From Lama guanicoe (Eukaryota): DNA of 64,000 nucleotides. Below the pieces are notes generated by a model that saw only the letters and a program-made list of their open reading frames with translations, had not been told where the DNA came from and made no database searches. Below, piece after piece: positions 52,509 through 64,000 of this stretch. The number at the start of each line of letters is the position of its first letter. Position 1 is the stretch's first letter. The translations under genes and the position numbers were made by a program. The stretch lies in the NCBI GenBank assembly GCA_013239625.1, contig MU056000.1, positions 7,727,214 to 7,791,213 on the forward strand, given 5' to 3'.

Positions 52509-52948
52509 TGAGACAGGAGGGAAGGGAGCAGGACACACCACTGAAGGAATGACACAGCCACTGAGGACAGGACAAACTGCTGAGAACCAAGAGGGCAGAA
52601 GATTCAACTTCCAGTAGACCTAGAGCCTCAGGGCACACCCACAGGCGCCATGACAGCTCCTAGCTGTCCATAAAAGGTCAAAAAGTAGGCGGGGCCCAAT
52701 TCCTGGAAGTCCCCACCCCTTCCCCAAAGTAGCTGGAATAAGCCTCTTACTGGTCAGCATATGAAATTACTAGGCCCACAGAAGCTAACAGCCCCGCGTC
52801 TCATGGTCGCGCTCTCTCCTGCCTGAGGCAGCCCGCACGCACTCTGTCTATGGAGTGTGTGTCTCCCGGAATAAACTTACTTTCACTTTACTGTGCCTCA
52901 CTCTTGAATTCCTTCCTGCACGAGGCAAGAATTTATTTTCTGGCAACA
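52509..52948 (+). mobile_element. MER41-like ERV1 solo LTR (440 bp)
   Basis: TGAGACAGG...GGCAACA with a perfect 4-bp TSD TTTA (52505-52508, 52949-52952); gcgccatgacag, actctgtctatggagt, aataaacttactttcacttta. Confidence 0.88.
52700..52708. promoter_or_regulatory. GAS (STAT-binding) consensus TTCCTGGAA inside the MER41-like LTR
   Basis: Exact TTCNNNGAA match; function untested. Confidence 0.4.
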
Positions 52949-54779
52949 TTTACACTCGTCCTCTTGACTAAATTAGTCTTTAAACATAAGGAGCTTTATT
53001 AAGTGGACAGGTAAAGTCAGAACCCTTTGCCAGACTGAAGAGACTCAAGACAGCTTCATGAAAGTGTGTATTATGAAAGATGATTCTTAAACAGGCAGCT
53101 AATGCCCACTTGATATTCCTACTATGTATAAATACATTTGCAAGAATTCCTGCTTTGTTTTGACTGTAGATACCAATGCCATTAACGGCAGTGTCAATGG
53201 AAATCAGCTGTTTCAAAGTCGTTACCCATCATGTACAATAACGTAAGGAGGAAGTCTGAATCAGAGTGATTTCTGGAGAAAATTTCTGTGTCTGTCGCAA
53301 TCAAAGAAATGGAATATTTCAGAGAAAAATACTCACAGAAAATAATGACTTCACATTTAGACTGTAGTCATTATAAAAAATTTCAAAATTGGCAGAAGAC
53401 AGTTTTCCAGGAGACTAGCAGGCTATTTTTGTTTATGATGGGCCATACAGAGCTCTAAAGCAGCAGTTCTCAAACTTGGCTAGATATTACAGGCCCCCAG
53501 GGAGCTTAAAAATAAGTGCTAATAATTGAGCATCTCAGGGGATGGGTTTGGGCAATTCCAATATACAACTGAATCAAGAATCGTGTTCTAAAAAAATGTT
53601 TCTCATCTGCTTTGGTTTACATATGAAAAATAAGGCATGGAGCTCTATTTTTAGGGGCGTAGTGGAGGTGGTGTTCAAGGTGAGGAAGGAGGTTGAGGGT
53701 AGGTCCGTATATCTCATTTGTCCAACATGCTATGCTATAAGTTATTGCTGCAAACCAATTTTGAATGATTAGGAAAATCTACAAATGACAATGAGAATCT
53801 GGTTGCTGAAACCACAATATTATGACTTCAACCTATTGTGCATTCGAATAAAAGCTAGTAAGTATTTGCCAGACGCCAGAACAGCCCCGTTCTGGGGGTT
53901 CCAGTGGCAAATGATGAAGACATTTCCCTTGCTCCTCTGGAGCTCAGAACACCTAGCAGAATGGTGCAACACCTCCCCGGGGCTGTCATCACATTCACAC
54001 GCTGCCAGGCATTCTCAGGACTCTCAAAAGAAGCACAAAAAGAGAAAACAGAGAAAGATGCTTTTCTTGTTCCTAAAGAGCTATCAGCTCGGCTGAGGAG
54101 ATGACACTATTACATCTGAAGCATCATGCACTCACATGGGTCTTGTATACAGTATTTCTTATGTGCTAAACTTGGGGGGATACATTGATAAATATGAAAG
54201 CGTTCGAAAAGAGCACAAAGTTAAAGAGTTCTCAGGGAAGCTTTGTAAAAGGGTGGAACCTGAATTTGTCTTGGAGGATGGGTAAGGAGTGGGTAGGAAA
54301 GGAGGTGAAAGAGCAACTGTGGGGAGTGCGGGACAGAGCAGCTGAAGTCGGGGGAGAAGGTAAGGGCAGGGACAGCTGGGAAGGCAGCCCAACGGGAAGG
54401 ACGGCTGTGAACTCAGAAACAGTAAGTATTGCTAAGTATTGAGGCTGGATAGAAACAGTGACAGTAAAATGATTTAAGGTCTGGAAAATGTACGTGGTGC
54501 AGGGATCTGAACATCTCCTTTGACTCAGAAACTGATCACTGGGCTGTGATGCACAGAGAAATTTCTGGAATCTGTAGGTGCTCAGCTTCCAAGCCCAACT
54601 GTAGGTTGAATACTGATCACTCTTGAATTTGAATTCAGGGGTAAAAACTGAATTTAAGTGAAGCCCAGAGAGCTAAAATATGTCCTAGATGGATTCAGCC
54701 CTCCACCTTAGCCACCTGATAGAAGAAATGGGGTGTCTTTTTTTGGAGGTATGTCTTATCTACTTCAGTCAATTCTAGT

Positions 54780-55110
54780 ATTTTAACACACAATGTCTAG
54801 CATAAATAACAAATCACAAGACATGCAGAGAAGTAGGAAAATGTGGCCAAAAATTAGGAGAAATGATTGTCAATACAGGCAAATTTCACAAGTTATCCAG
54901 ACATTAGGATAAGCAGACAAGGGTTTTATCTGTGAATATGTGTGTTAAATAGCTAGTGGAGAAATGGACAACATGCAAGATGAAAAATGAACAAATTCAG
55001 CAGAGAAAGGGACACTATAAGAAGAACCAAATGGAAGTGTAGGACTGGAAAATACAAGGTCAGACACACAGGCTTTATATGATGGGCTTCACAGAAGACT
55101 GACCCAGGGC
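54780..55110 (+). mobile_element. Ancient L1M/L1ME ORF1-region remnant
   Basis: aaatcacaagacatgcagagaag...attcagcagagaaagggacactata...aaccaaatggaagt...actggaaaatac. Confidence 0.55.
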
Positions 55111-56136
55111 AGAGCCTTGAGGCAGAGTGGAAGAGAAAGAGCAAAGGGAAAGAAAGAGAAGAAGGAAAACTAGGAAAGTTTTATCTTAGAAACCAAGATA
55201 CATGACTACTTCAGATGCTTCTGGACAATTCCAGTACGATTAGAAGAGAGACCCGCCCCTACTAGGAAGCATGGAGACTCCGGAAGGGGCCTTAATACCA
55301 ACTGTTTTATTGAAGAAAAAAATCAGGCAGCAGAGTTCATTTTGTGTCATTCACATTATGAAAAACACTGCATATTCCTCAACTGGAGGACTTCACGAAG
55401 ACCAGGGTGGCAGATTTTGGGGTGGAAGCTCAGGAAGGGTGAGAAGGACAAAGCAACCGGGTAGGAAGCCATGGGCATGACCTGGACCCACCACGCTTCA
55501 GGCTGAAACTGAAAAGTGAAACACCCATGAAGAGTAAGGAAGTCAAGAAACTCCCTGAAGAAGTATCAGCAAGACTTTGTGATGGATTGGCTGTCTAAGG
55601 ATGAAGAAAAGAAAGAAAGAAAAAAAAAAACAAAGTGTCTATCCATTTCTGTCACTGGAAAAACGGGGGCAAGTGAAAACTCAGGGTTTGGGTTAATCTT
55701 TGGGGAGTGAAAAAGAGGGTAACTTGAAAGTTCAACCTTTTGAGTTTCAGATAAAATGACAGAGTGCAGATGACCCTTACTGGGCTGTGCAGGTGGGAGG
55801 CCTGTCTTGGGCAGAAGTTCTAAATTGTTTCTTCAGCATGGCACTTATAGAAAATCCTAGTACCTGTAATGTGTCCTGGGGGCTACAGATCCAGGTGCTT
55901 GCTCCCCAAGCCTTCCTGAGGGCTGAGGGCATCAGAGTTTCAGCACACGTGTGACCCATTTGTGGTACACTGTGTGGGGAACGCTGGTCTAAGGAAGTGA
56001 ACTGAGGCCTGTTCTCTGCGGTGTCCCCTGTGGACCTGGGACATAGTGGCACTCCATAACTATTTACTTGTGAGAGAAGCCTGTGGGTCATCTCTCACAC
56101 CCTCTATTCTAACATTTTAAGAGAAATAAGGTCACT

Positions 56137-57040
56137 AAATAGACATTTCTCCAAAGAAGCTATACAGATGGCCAACAGACACATGAAAAGATGTTCCACA
56201 TCACTAATTATTAGACAAATGCAAAGCAAAACTACAATGAGGTGTCCCCTCACACTGGTCAGAATGGCCACCATCACAAAGTCTATAAATAATAAATGCT
56301 GGAGAGGGTGTGGAGAAAACGGGACCCTTCTACACTGTTGGTGGGAATGTAATTTGGCGCAGCCACCATGGAGAACAGTATGGAGGTTCCTTAAAAAACT
56401 AAAAATAGACTTATGATCCAGCAATCCCACTCCTGGGCATATATCCAGAAAAGATGAAAACTCTAATTCGAAAAGGCACATGCACTCCAATATTCACAGC
56501 AACACCACTTAAAATAGCCAAGACATGGAAGCAGCCTAAATTGCTTGATAAAGATGAATGGATAAAGAAGCTATGTTACATATGTACACACAACACCACT
56601 CAGCCATAAGAAAGAATGAAATAATGTCATTTGCAGCAACATAGATGGACCTAGAGATTATCATACTTAGTGAAGTCAATCAGAGAAAGACAACGATTAT
56701 ATGGTATCACTCATGTGTGGAATCTAAAAAATGATACCAATAGACTTATTTACAAAACAGAAACAGACTCACAAGACATAGAAAACAAACTTGCATTTAG
56801 CAAAGGGGAAGATGGGGGAGGGATAAATTAGGAATATGGGATTATCAGACACACACGACTGTATATAAAGTAGATTAAAAAACTGGGTCCTACTGTATAG
56901 CACAGAGGACTATATTCAATATCTTATAATAACCTATAATGGGAAAGAATCTGAAAAAATATATATATAACGGAATCACTTTGCTGTACATCTGAAATGA
57001 ACACAATATTGTAAACCAGTTGTACTTCAATGAAAAAAAC
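56137..57040 (+). mobile_element. 5'-truncated L1 (ORF2 C-terminus plus 3'UTR)
   Basis: [25 protein letters not shown]...HCWWECNL, followed by a complete 3'UTR and A-tail. Confidence 0.92.
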
Positions 57041-57972
57041 AGATTAGCAAGCTCCCAACCCCCACAAAAACAGCAAGGAGGCCACTTGAAGTAGACCTGC
57101 CTCTCATACAGACACTGGGCATTGTCAGTCTGCAGAGGTAATAGTCAGTTCAAAAGTTTAACACTATTTTCCATTTCACAGCTGTGACTTTCCTTTCTGA
57201 TGGGTAAATTAAATGATTCAGGTCTGCAAGTGAGGACCATGAGAATTTCTTATCGTTCGATCTGTCTTGCATCCTGAATACCGTCTACTGTTGATGCTGG
57301 AATATGAGTGACTTAATTAAAAGCAACACGTTGCGCATTACCATGTGCCCGCACCAGCCTGGTCTGTAGGAGCTCCAGTCCAGTGGTCTGCATTAAACAA
57401 GAAGGATGAGGCACCTTGGGATTCCAAGGACATTATGTGCTTTAAGAAACAAGTCACTCGTCTTTTTATTATTCTACTCCAAGGCCATTATTTGACCTGA
57501 CATCATTCAAAGACATTATAATACACAAAACTGAATAGGGAAATTTCATTTTAAATTTGGAAAAAACAGGTTTTTCTCACAGGCAGTACATTTTCAAGAA
57601 TTTTCTTCGTTATTAAGAGAAGAAATCTCTGAATTTCAGCTAAGCGTCTCCAAAGAACTTGTAGGACATTTTGATGAGAGGCTGCTGGGAACTGCTTGGT
57701 TCTTTGCTTCACCTCTCCTCTTTGATCCCAGTCTGGAAGGATGGACAGATGAGCTTTTTCCTTCTCAGAGCATCTCAAGAAGCAGCTTGCTGCTTCTCAA
57801 GGGATCTTACTTGTGTCACCTCACAGACTGGCAACCAAGCTCCTGGCTGCAGGCAAAGCCCCTGCTAGTGGGGCTGTACCTCCAGGTCCCCAGCTCTTCT
57901 GGGGCTTGCTGTGAACCCCCAGTTCTTCCCTGCCCTGAATTCCCTCAAAATCCAGCATAATAAATGCAATCA

Positions 57973-58901
57973 AGCAATTCTCCAATGAGGACATATGAGT
58001 GACCAATAGGCATATGAAAAAATGCTCAATATCACTAACTATCAGAGAAATGCAAGTCAAAACTACAATGAGGTACTAACTCACACCAGTCAGAACGGCC
58101 ATCATTCAAAACTGCACAAATGATAAATGCTGGAGAGGCTGTGGAGAAAAGGAAACCCTCCTACACTGTTGGTGGGAATGTAGTTTGGTGCAGCCATTGT
58201 GGCAAACAGTATGGGGATTCCTCAAAAGACTAGAAATAGACTTAACATATGACCCAGCAATCCCACTCCTGGGCATATATCCAGACGGAACTCTAATTCA
58301 AAAAGACACCTGCACCCCAATGTTTATAGCAGCACTATTTACCACAGCCAAGACATGGAAACAAACAACCTAAATGTCCATGAACAGATGACTGGATAAA
58401 GAAGTTGTGGTATATTTATACAATGGAATACTACTCAGCCATAAAAACCGACAACATAATGCCATTTGCAGCAACATGGACGGCCCTGGAGAACATCATT
58501 CTAAGTGAAGTTAAGCCAGAAAGAGAAAGAAAAACACCATATGAGATCACTCATATGTAGAATCTAAAAAATAAAAGGACAAATGGACTTATATATAAAA
58601 CAGAAACAGACTCACAGACATAGAATACAGACTTGTGGCTGCCAGGGGGGAGGGGGGTGGGAAAGGAGAAACTGAGAGTTTGAGATTTGCAGATACTGAC
58701 AGGTATATATAAAATAGATAAACAAGTTCATACTGTATAGCACAGGGAAATATATTCAATATCTTGTAGTAGCTTATGGTGAAAAAGAATATGAAAATTA
58801 ATGTATGTATGTTCATGTATGACTAAAGCGTTGTGCGGTACACCAGAAGTTCACACAACATTGTCAACTGACTACCCCTCAATCAAAAAAGAAAATAAAT
58901 A
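57973..58901 (+). mobile_element. 5'-truncated relatively young L1 with perfect TSD
   Basis: ORF2 C-terminus [12 protein letters not shown]...TCTPMFIAALFT; perfect 14-bp TSD AATAAATGCAATCA (57959-57972, 58902-58915). Confidence 0.94.
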
Positions 58902-59152
58902 AATAAATGCAATCACACAAGAGGCAGAGTGGCTAAAAGAGTATTCATTTTTAAACTTTTAAGCTATTTTCTAATCCATTATTTGTACTTTCAGAAAGCA
59001 AAGATAACAATTTATTCCCACATGATTAAAACTACCCCCCACCCCACCTTTGGCAAGCGGAGAACATGACAGTTAACATGTAAAAGGAATACAAGTTAAA
59101 AAGCATTATCCTGCTAAAATCCTCTACTCTATTTTTTTTGATACTCCAAGTC

Positions 59153-59251
59153 TTTTTTTTTTTTTAATTCTGATTTTTTATTGAAGTGTACTTGACCTAC
59201 AGTGTTAGTTTCAGGTGTACAGCAAAGCAATTCAGTTATACATATACATAC

Positions 59252-59282
<31 letters not shown>

Positions 59283-59316
59283 TGTGAATATATTATTTTC
59301 AATTCCTTTTCCATTA
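59153..59316 (-). mobile_element. Short L1 tail containing a (TG)n microsatellite
   Basis: Poly(T), ttattgaagtgtac...gttagtttcaggtgtacagcaaag...; (TG)n at about 59252-59286. Confidence 0.82.
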
Positions 59317-61929
59317 CCTTTTTTCTATTTTAGATTCTCAAGATCTGCGGTATCTGAGAGAGCCCTTTCATTTCTTATGCCTTCTCTTCTTTAAAGCTCT
59401 TCTTCTGAAACTGTTGGAGCAGGCATCAAAGACATACCTGAACAGACCAAGTAAAGTTAGGTGTTTTCTCTTCCTCTCTTTTCTCTGAGGTCTTTAAGCA
59501 GAGGTCCTCAAATTTGAGTCAACTGGAAATTTCCTAGTCAGTTTTGCCTTTCCCGCACATGGAGGATTTCCAAGGGGCGAATCGTTAAGTCTCGTTTAAG
59601 AAAATAATTATCGGCTCTTCAACTTATTTACAACTTCCCCTTCCAAGGAATTCTTATCTGCCAGACCCAGCTGCCAACATTCCTCCACAGGTGTCTGAAG
59701 TTAATTAACGAGGAACCCACGTCTCCGCTGGGAAGGGAGGCTCTCGGGTCTGGGAGATGAGGGCTCTAAAGCAGGGATCTAATCCGAAGACACCGAGTTC
59801 TGGACAAAGCACCCAGCTTTCCAGCTGCCTAGAATTCGGCTTGTGAAATCAAGTTATTAAAGAAAGCCAGCAAAGACTGCGCCAATAAATCACCTTGTCT
59901 GGGAAACCAGGCTTCTTTTAAAAATACTAATTGAAATTGCATGTGTTTTAATTAAAACAACAGCTGCCAAGGTCTTGAAGAAACATATTTTGAAACGCTG
60001 AGAAGGTATGTCTCCAAAGTGTTCTCAAACTTACTTTAAAAAGTGAGCCTTACACATTCCCAGAAATAAAAATACCAAGTGGCCTCCCCAGGTTGCACTG
60101 AGGTTTCCAGGACCTCCAGTCTGGGCATGGCTGGGATTCCCCAGGGTCAAAAACATAGATACAGAAGATGCCCACGGTGCTGTGTGATGAGTGGCTTATG
60201 AGACGTCTGCCCTCCAGAATGGGGTACCCACATCCCAGGGGATTTTGCCACATGTAAGCCACCAGCAAGAGATGAGAAAATAATAACACAGCCTGATGGA
60301 GGCATCATATGTTTTTAGAACCCTCTGGTCTCCAGTTTTGCTAGGAGACACCGAGTGCAAAGTGATTCTGAAGACAGAGGGGATGATGGCCAGGATGCGC
60401 TTCATTCCCACACCAAAGAATTTAGGCAAACGTTGAGGATTGCTCTCCTGCCGAACATTTGGAATACGGCTTCCTGGAAATGCAGACACAGGCTTAGGTA
60501 TCTGTCTGTTCCCCCAGAGAACACAGTCTCACAGAGAATTGGGTAGAACGTATCCCGAAGTTTGTATGATCAGTGTTGCCAAGTCCAGAATTCCATGGAT
60601 ACACAGCTCAGAAATTCAGCTGTGAGGTCACTAAATAAAAGAGAACAGCCAGGAGAGCAGCCTTTCCCCCGCCAGTTCTCCAAAGGAAAACACATTTCTC
60701 ACCAAGTAAAGTTCTGGCACAGGGTGGGGGTGGGGGGAAGGGGTGCCTGTCATTCCATTATCATCATCTTTTTCTTTATTCTGCCCTTATTTTCACTAAA
60801 AGACAGAACATTTTTATGTCATTCTTTAAATACAACTGGCAACCACTTTCTATAAAGAGTCATTTAAAGACGAATGACCAGATAAAGTCTTTCATCTGAA
60901 TATTTAAAACAGATCGTGGCAAGAGAAAAAGCTAGGAAGGGAATGCCCTCCCTGTCCACCCCTTCTCCCCAGGATGAATGAAAGTGATGATCTGAAAACC
61001 TTGAGAGGGGAGAGAAATAGCATCGGATTTTCCTGGGCAAGAAAACTACCCTTCCTTTGTTCGTGATTTCATGAATATGGGAAAGTACGAGACGTGCACT
61101 GCCAGGTGCACCTGGAGATCTGGGGCTCCCTCCTCTTCCGTCTCTCCTGGGGGACAGCTGTGCTTGGGAGCCAGCAGACTTCCCTGGGGCACAGCCCTTC
61201 CGGGTGCCAGAAAGAGTCGGGTTCTGTCTGGTGCTCCTTTTGAGGCTGGAGTGGGTTGAAAGGCTGTTGCTCGGGTAGAAAAGAAGCTCAGCTGTAAAGA
61301 AGGCCAGCCCGATGCCAAGAACGGGTCATATCCTACGAATGTACAAAGTACCAGTCAACGATCCTCGCAGATCATTCCCAATATGGTGACCCCACCTCCA
61401 GAAGATCACAGAGCACAGGAAGAGGGTCACGTGTGGCAGAGGGGACATGGCTAAAGGACTGAGATGAGCAGGGGGAGGGCCAGGTTCATGGAGCCGTGGA
61501 AGGTCCTTCACTTCAGTCCAGGTTGGGGAGCAGGGTAGCTGGGAGGGTGCTTCCAGCAGCCCAGGCCTGGCTCTCCTGCCAGAAAGTGTGGCGAGCGGCC
61601 ACCACCCGGAAAAGCGAAGGGAGGGTGCTCTGTGAGCTCTGCCAAAACCACCTGCAGGAGTGCAGTGGCTCTGCCCACCCTTGGCAACTACCGGGGCACA
61701 TACAGAACACATTACCATTTCCGACCCAATCCCAAACCTCTTCCAAAGTAGCAGCAGAATGAGGTTAACTGGAGTCCTGGGTTTCTGGCAGCAACTAAGC
61801 TGTCTTTCCTTCCTGTCTTCCCTGGATGCTATGGAAAGAGGCTGAAACAGACACCCCCTCTCCTCCCCTCTCCCTGTGCAGGACTCCCCAGACCTCTCCT
61901 AGATCTGTTCTCCAGCATAAATAACCCGT

Positions 61930-62330
61930 GTTACTCACCCATCAGAGAACAGTTCAGCACATATGTATTGCTAGGCACTGCAGGACATAAAAGCAAACAG
62001 GGTACCTGGTTCCTGCCTGTGATCTCACTGAGGGAAGATGCAATACCTACACACATAAAAGTGAAAGACAACGCAAGAATAACAATACACAATGGGAATC
62101 TAAGATACATGAAAAGATTTCTTATCAAGTAGGTACTACCCTCCTCCTGAGTTCAAGGAGCAGCCTTCATCAGGAGGATCACCCTGAGCTGGGCTCTGAA
62201 TGATGGGTGGGAGGTCAGTAGGTGCAGAGATGGAAGAGCCTGCCAGAGAGGGAGACAGCCTGGGCAAAGGTTTGTGAGTGGGGACCTTGGTGCAAAACCC
62301 GGTCTGGCTGAAGAATTCATCAAGAAGAGT
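61930..62330 (-). mobile_element. L2 remnant
   Basis: ctaggcactg...ttcctgcc...aggaggatcaccctgagctgggctctgaa...cagcctgggcaaagg reversed-L2 pattern. Confidence 0.55.
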
Positions 62331-63214
62331 GGCGAGAGATAAGAGTTTGGTGACACCACCCAGGGTCTCTCCTGCCCAGTGTGTCTATGTGCTTTAAGTT
62401 GTTTATTTTGTTAGAGTTTTTTGTTTGTTTGTTGGCAGAGAGGATAGGAATTTGGCAAAATAAATACCTGCCATCTTCATCGGGAGCTGTCAAGGGCTGA
62501 AATGGATGGCATTTTGGTAAACTTATTAGAGCAATACAATATTGTTTGTTCTTTCCTCTGAAGCTAATTACTACCATTAAAAAAAAAAGAAAACCTTTCT
62601 GAATGATGAAATAACACTTTACTCAGAAGGATAATTAACATTTTGGGAAGGTTGCAAAGAAATGTATGGATGTGCGTGAATCTGGACCCACTGCACCATG
62701 TCGCCTAGAAGGACACGGAGATCCACCTGCAGGGCACTTACCACCTGAACGCAGAGACAAACACAGAGCAGCCCAGGTGGGAGAACAAAGAGAGGCAGAG
62801 TCCGTGGCGTTTCTCTCGGTGCTACTGTCTGATCTTCATTAGAGCAGATGGGGTCGAGTAATTGCTGTTCAACAGCTTACTTGGACTTTTCCTTCACAAT
62901 GTTGTCCAAGGATGACCCATCCCTTTATCACATTGGGGCAGCTGCCCCTCCCACCACCCCTAACTGAAAGAATGATCTAAGAAGAGCTGTAATATAAACT
63001 GGACCCTGGACCAGCAAGGGAAACAACTGGATTCCTTCTGAAATTCTGCGTGTCTGCATGCAGCTAGCAAACTGAAGCAGCAAAGTGAACTGGGTTTTTC
63101 TCACGATTTTCTTTTTTAAAACAAAGTCCTCCTCTTTAGTGTTTAATTTGCTTACTTACTGTTTTGCTGATTTGGAGTTCATTATAAGATGAGGAACAGG
63201 CTAGAAAAAAATTA

Positions 63215-64000
63215 ATTCAGTTATTCATTCAGCATTGAGTCCCCGGTGGGGATCAGATGTCGTTCCAGGTGCGTGATCTACATCAATAAACACACGAGAC
63301 GGGACTTCCTGCCCTTAATGGGTTGACATTCCAGTGCGTGGAGATGGACCAGAAACAAGATAAATAAGTAATATGTTATATATCAGAAGGTGATTAGTGC
63401 TATGGAGAACAATGAAGCAGAAAAGGAGGTAGAATTTTAAGAATGTCACCAGAAAAGGTTGAACTGAGAAAGTAACACTTGAGTAAAGAACTGAAGGTAG
63501 GGGAGAACTGACCATCTGGGCATCTGGAGGAAAAGGATTCCAGGCAGAGGGAGCAGCACATTCAAAGGCCCTGAGGCAGGATTGCGGCTCACGTCATAAA
63601 GGAACCGCAGTGACCCAGTGGCCACAGAAAACTTAATGCTGGTGAGAAAGGAGGTGAGGTTGGAGAGGGAATGGAGAGCTGGATCGTATAGCACCGTGTC
63701 TGCTATGCAAAGACTTAATTTTACACTGAGGAGTGACAAGAGATGTGCTGTTACTAAGGTTTCAACAGGACCACTCTGGCTGCTGCGTTGAGAGGAGATG
63801 ATAGGGAGTGAGGGTAGAAGCAGGGAGACTAGGGAAGGGCTATGGTCATAACCCACGTGAGAGATGACGGGGTTTGGGGGGACAAGGCAATGAAGATGAG
63901 AAGTGTCAGGTTCTGGGAAAATGCAGAAGGAAGACCAGATTCGTTGACGGTTTGGATAGGAGGGTGAAGAACTGCGGGAACGACGAAGTTCTTATCCCGG
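63215..64000 (-). mobile_element. L2 (L2a-like) remnant running off the window
   Basis: attcattcagcattgag...cctgccctt...gttgacattccag...attccaggcagagggagcagca...caaaggccctgaggcagga...actctggctgctg. Confidence 0.8.

Noticed and set aside
50423..52948. The two MER41-like LTRs as ends of a single provirus
   Set aside because: They differ in length and sequence, the second has its own perfect TTTA TSD, and I saw no primer-binding site or gag/pol/env in the 1.4 kb between them.

Overview
Mammalian nuclear DNA, mostly intronic. It carries two minus-strand coding exons of the armadillo-repeat gene CTNND2 (delta-catenin): 16485-16695 (211 bp) and 2506-2590 (85 bp). They splice in frame and appear to correspond to human exons 17 and 18 (numbering from memory). 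Everything else is intron filled with transposable elements: a degraded ~6.6 kb L1 fused to a second ORF1/5' segment, many 5'-truncated L1 tails with target-site duplications (TSDs), ERV1 solo LTRs (two MER41-like), MLT1 LTRs, hAT remnants (MER58, MER20, Charlie), MIR and L2. The L1 3' ends, and the lack of recognisable Alu, Bov-A/BovB or PRE1 SINEs, suggest a cetartiodactyl, probably a camelid (inference). I found no convincing novel biological system. The best leads are: an L1 tail inserted about 20 nt upstream of the exon-18 acceptor that displaces the likely branch point; a candidate microexon folded into a hairpin with its own pyrimidine tract (25687-25765); the double-ORF1 L1; a GAS motif in a MER41-like LTR; and a very recent 152/164-bp tandem duplication. 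Repeat family names are by-eye recognition, not database hits, and most repeat boundaries are approximate.
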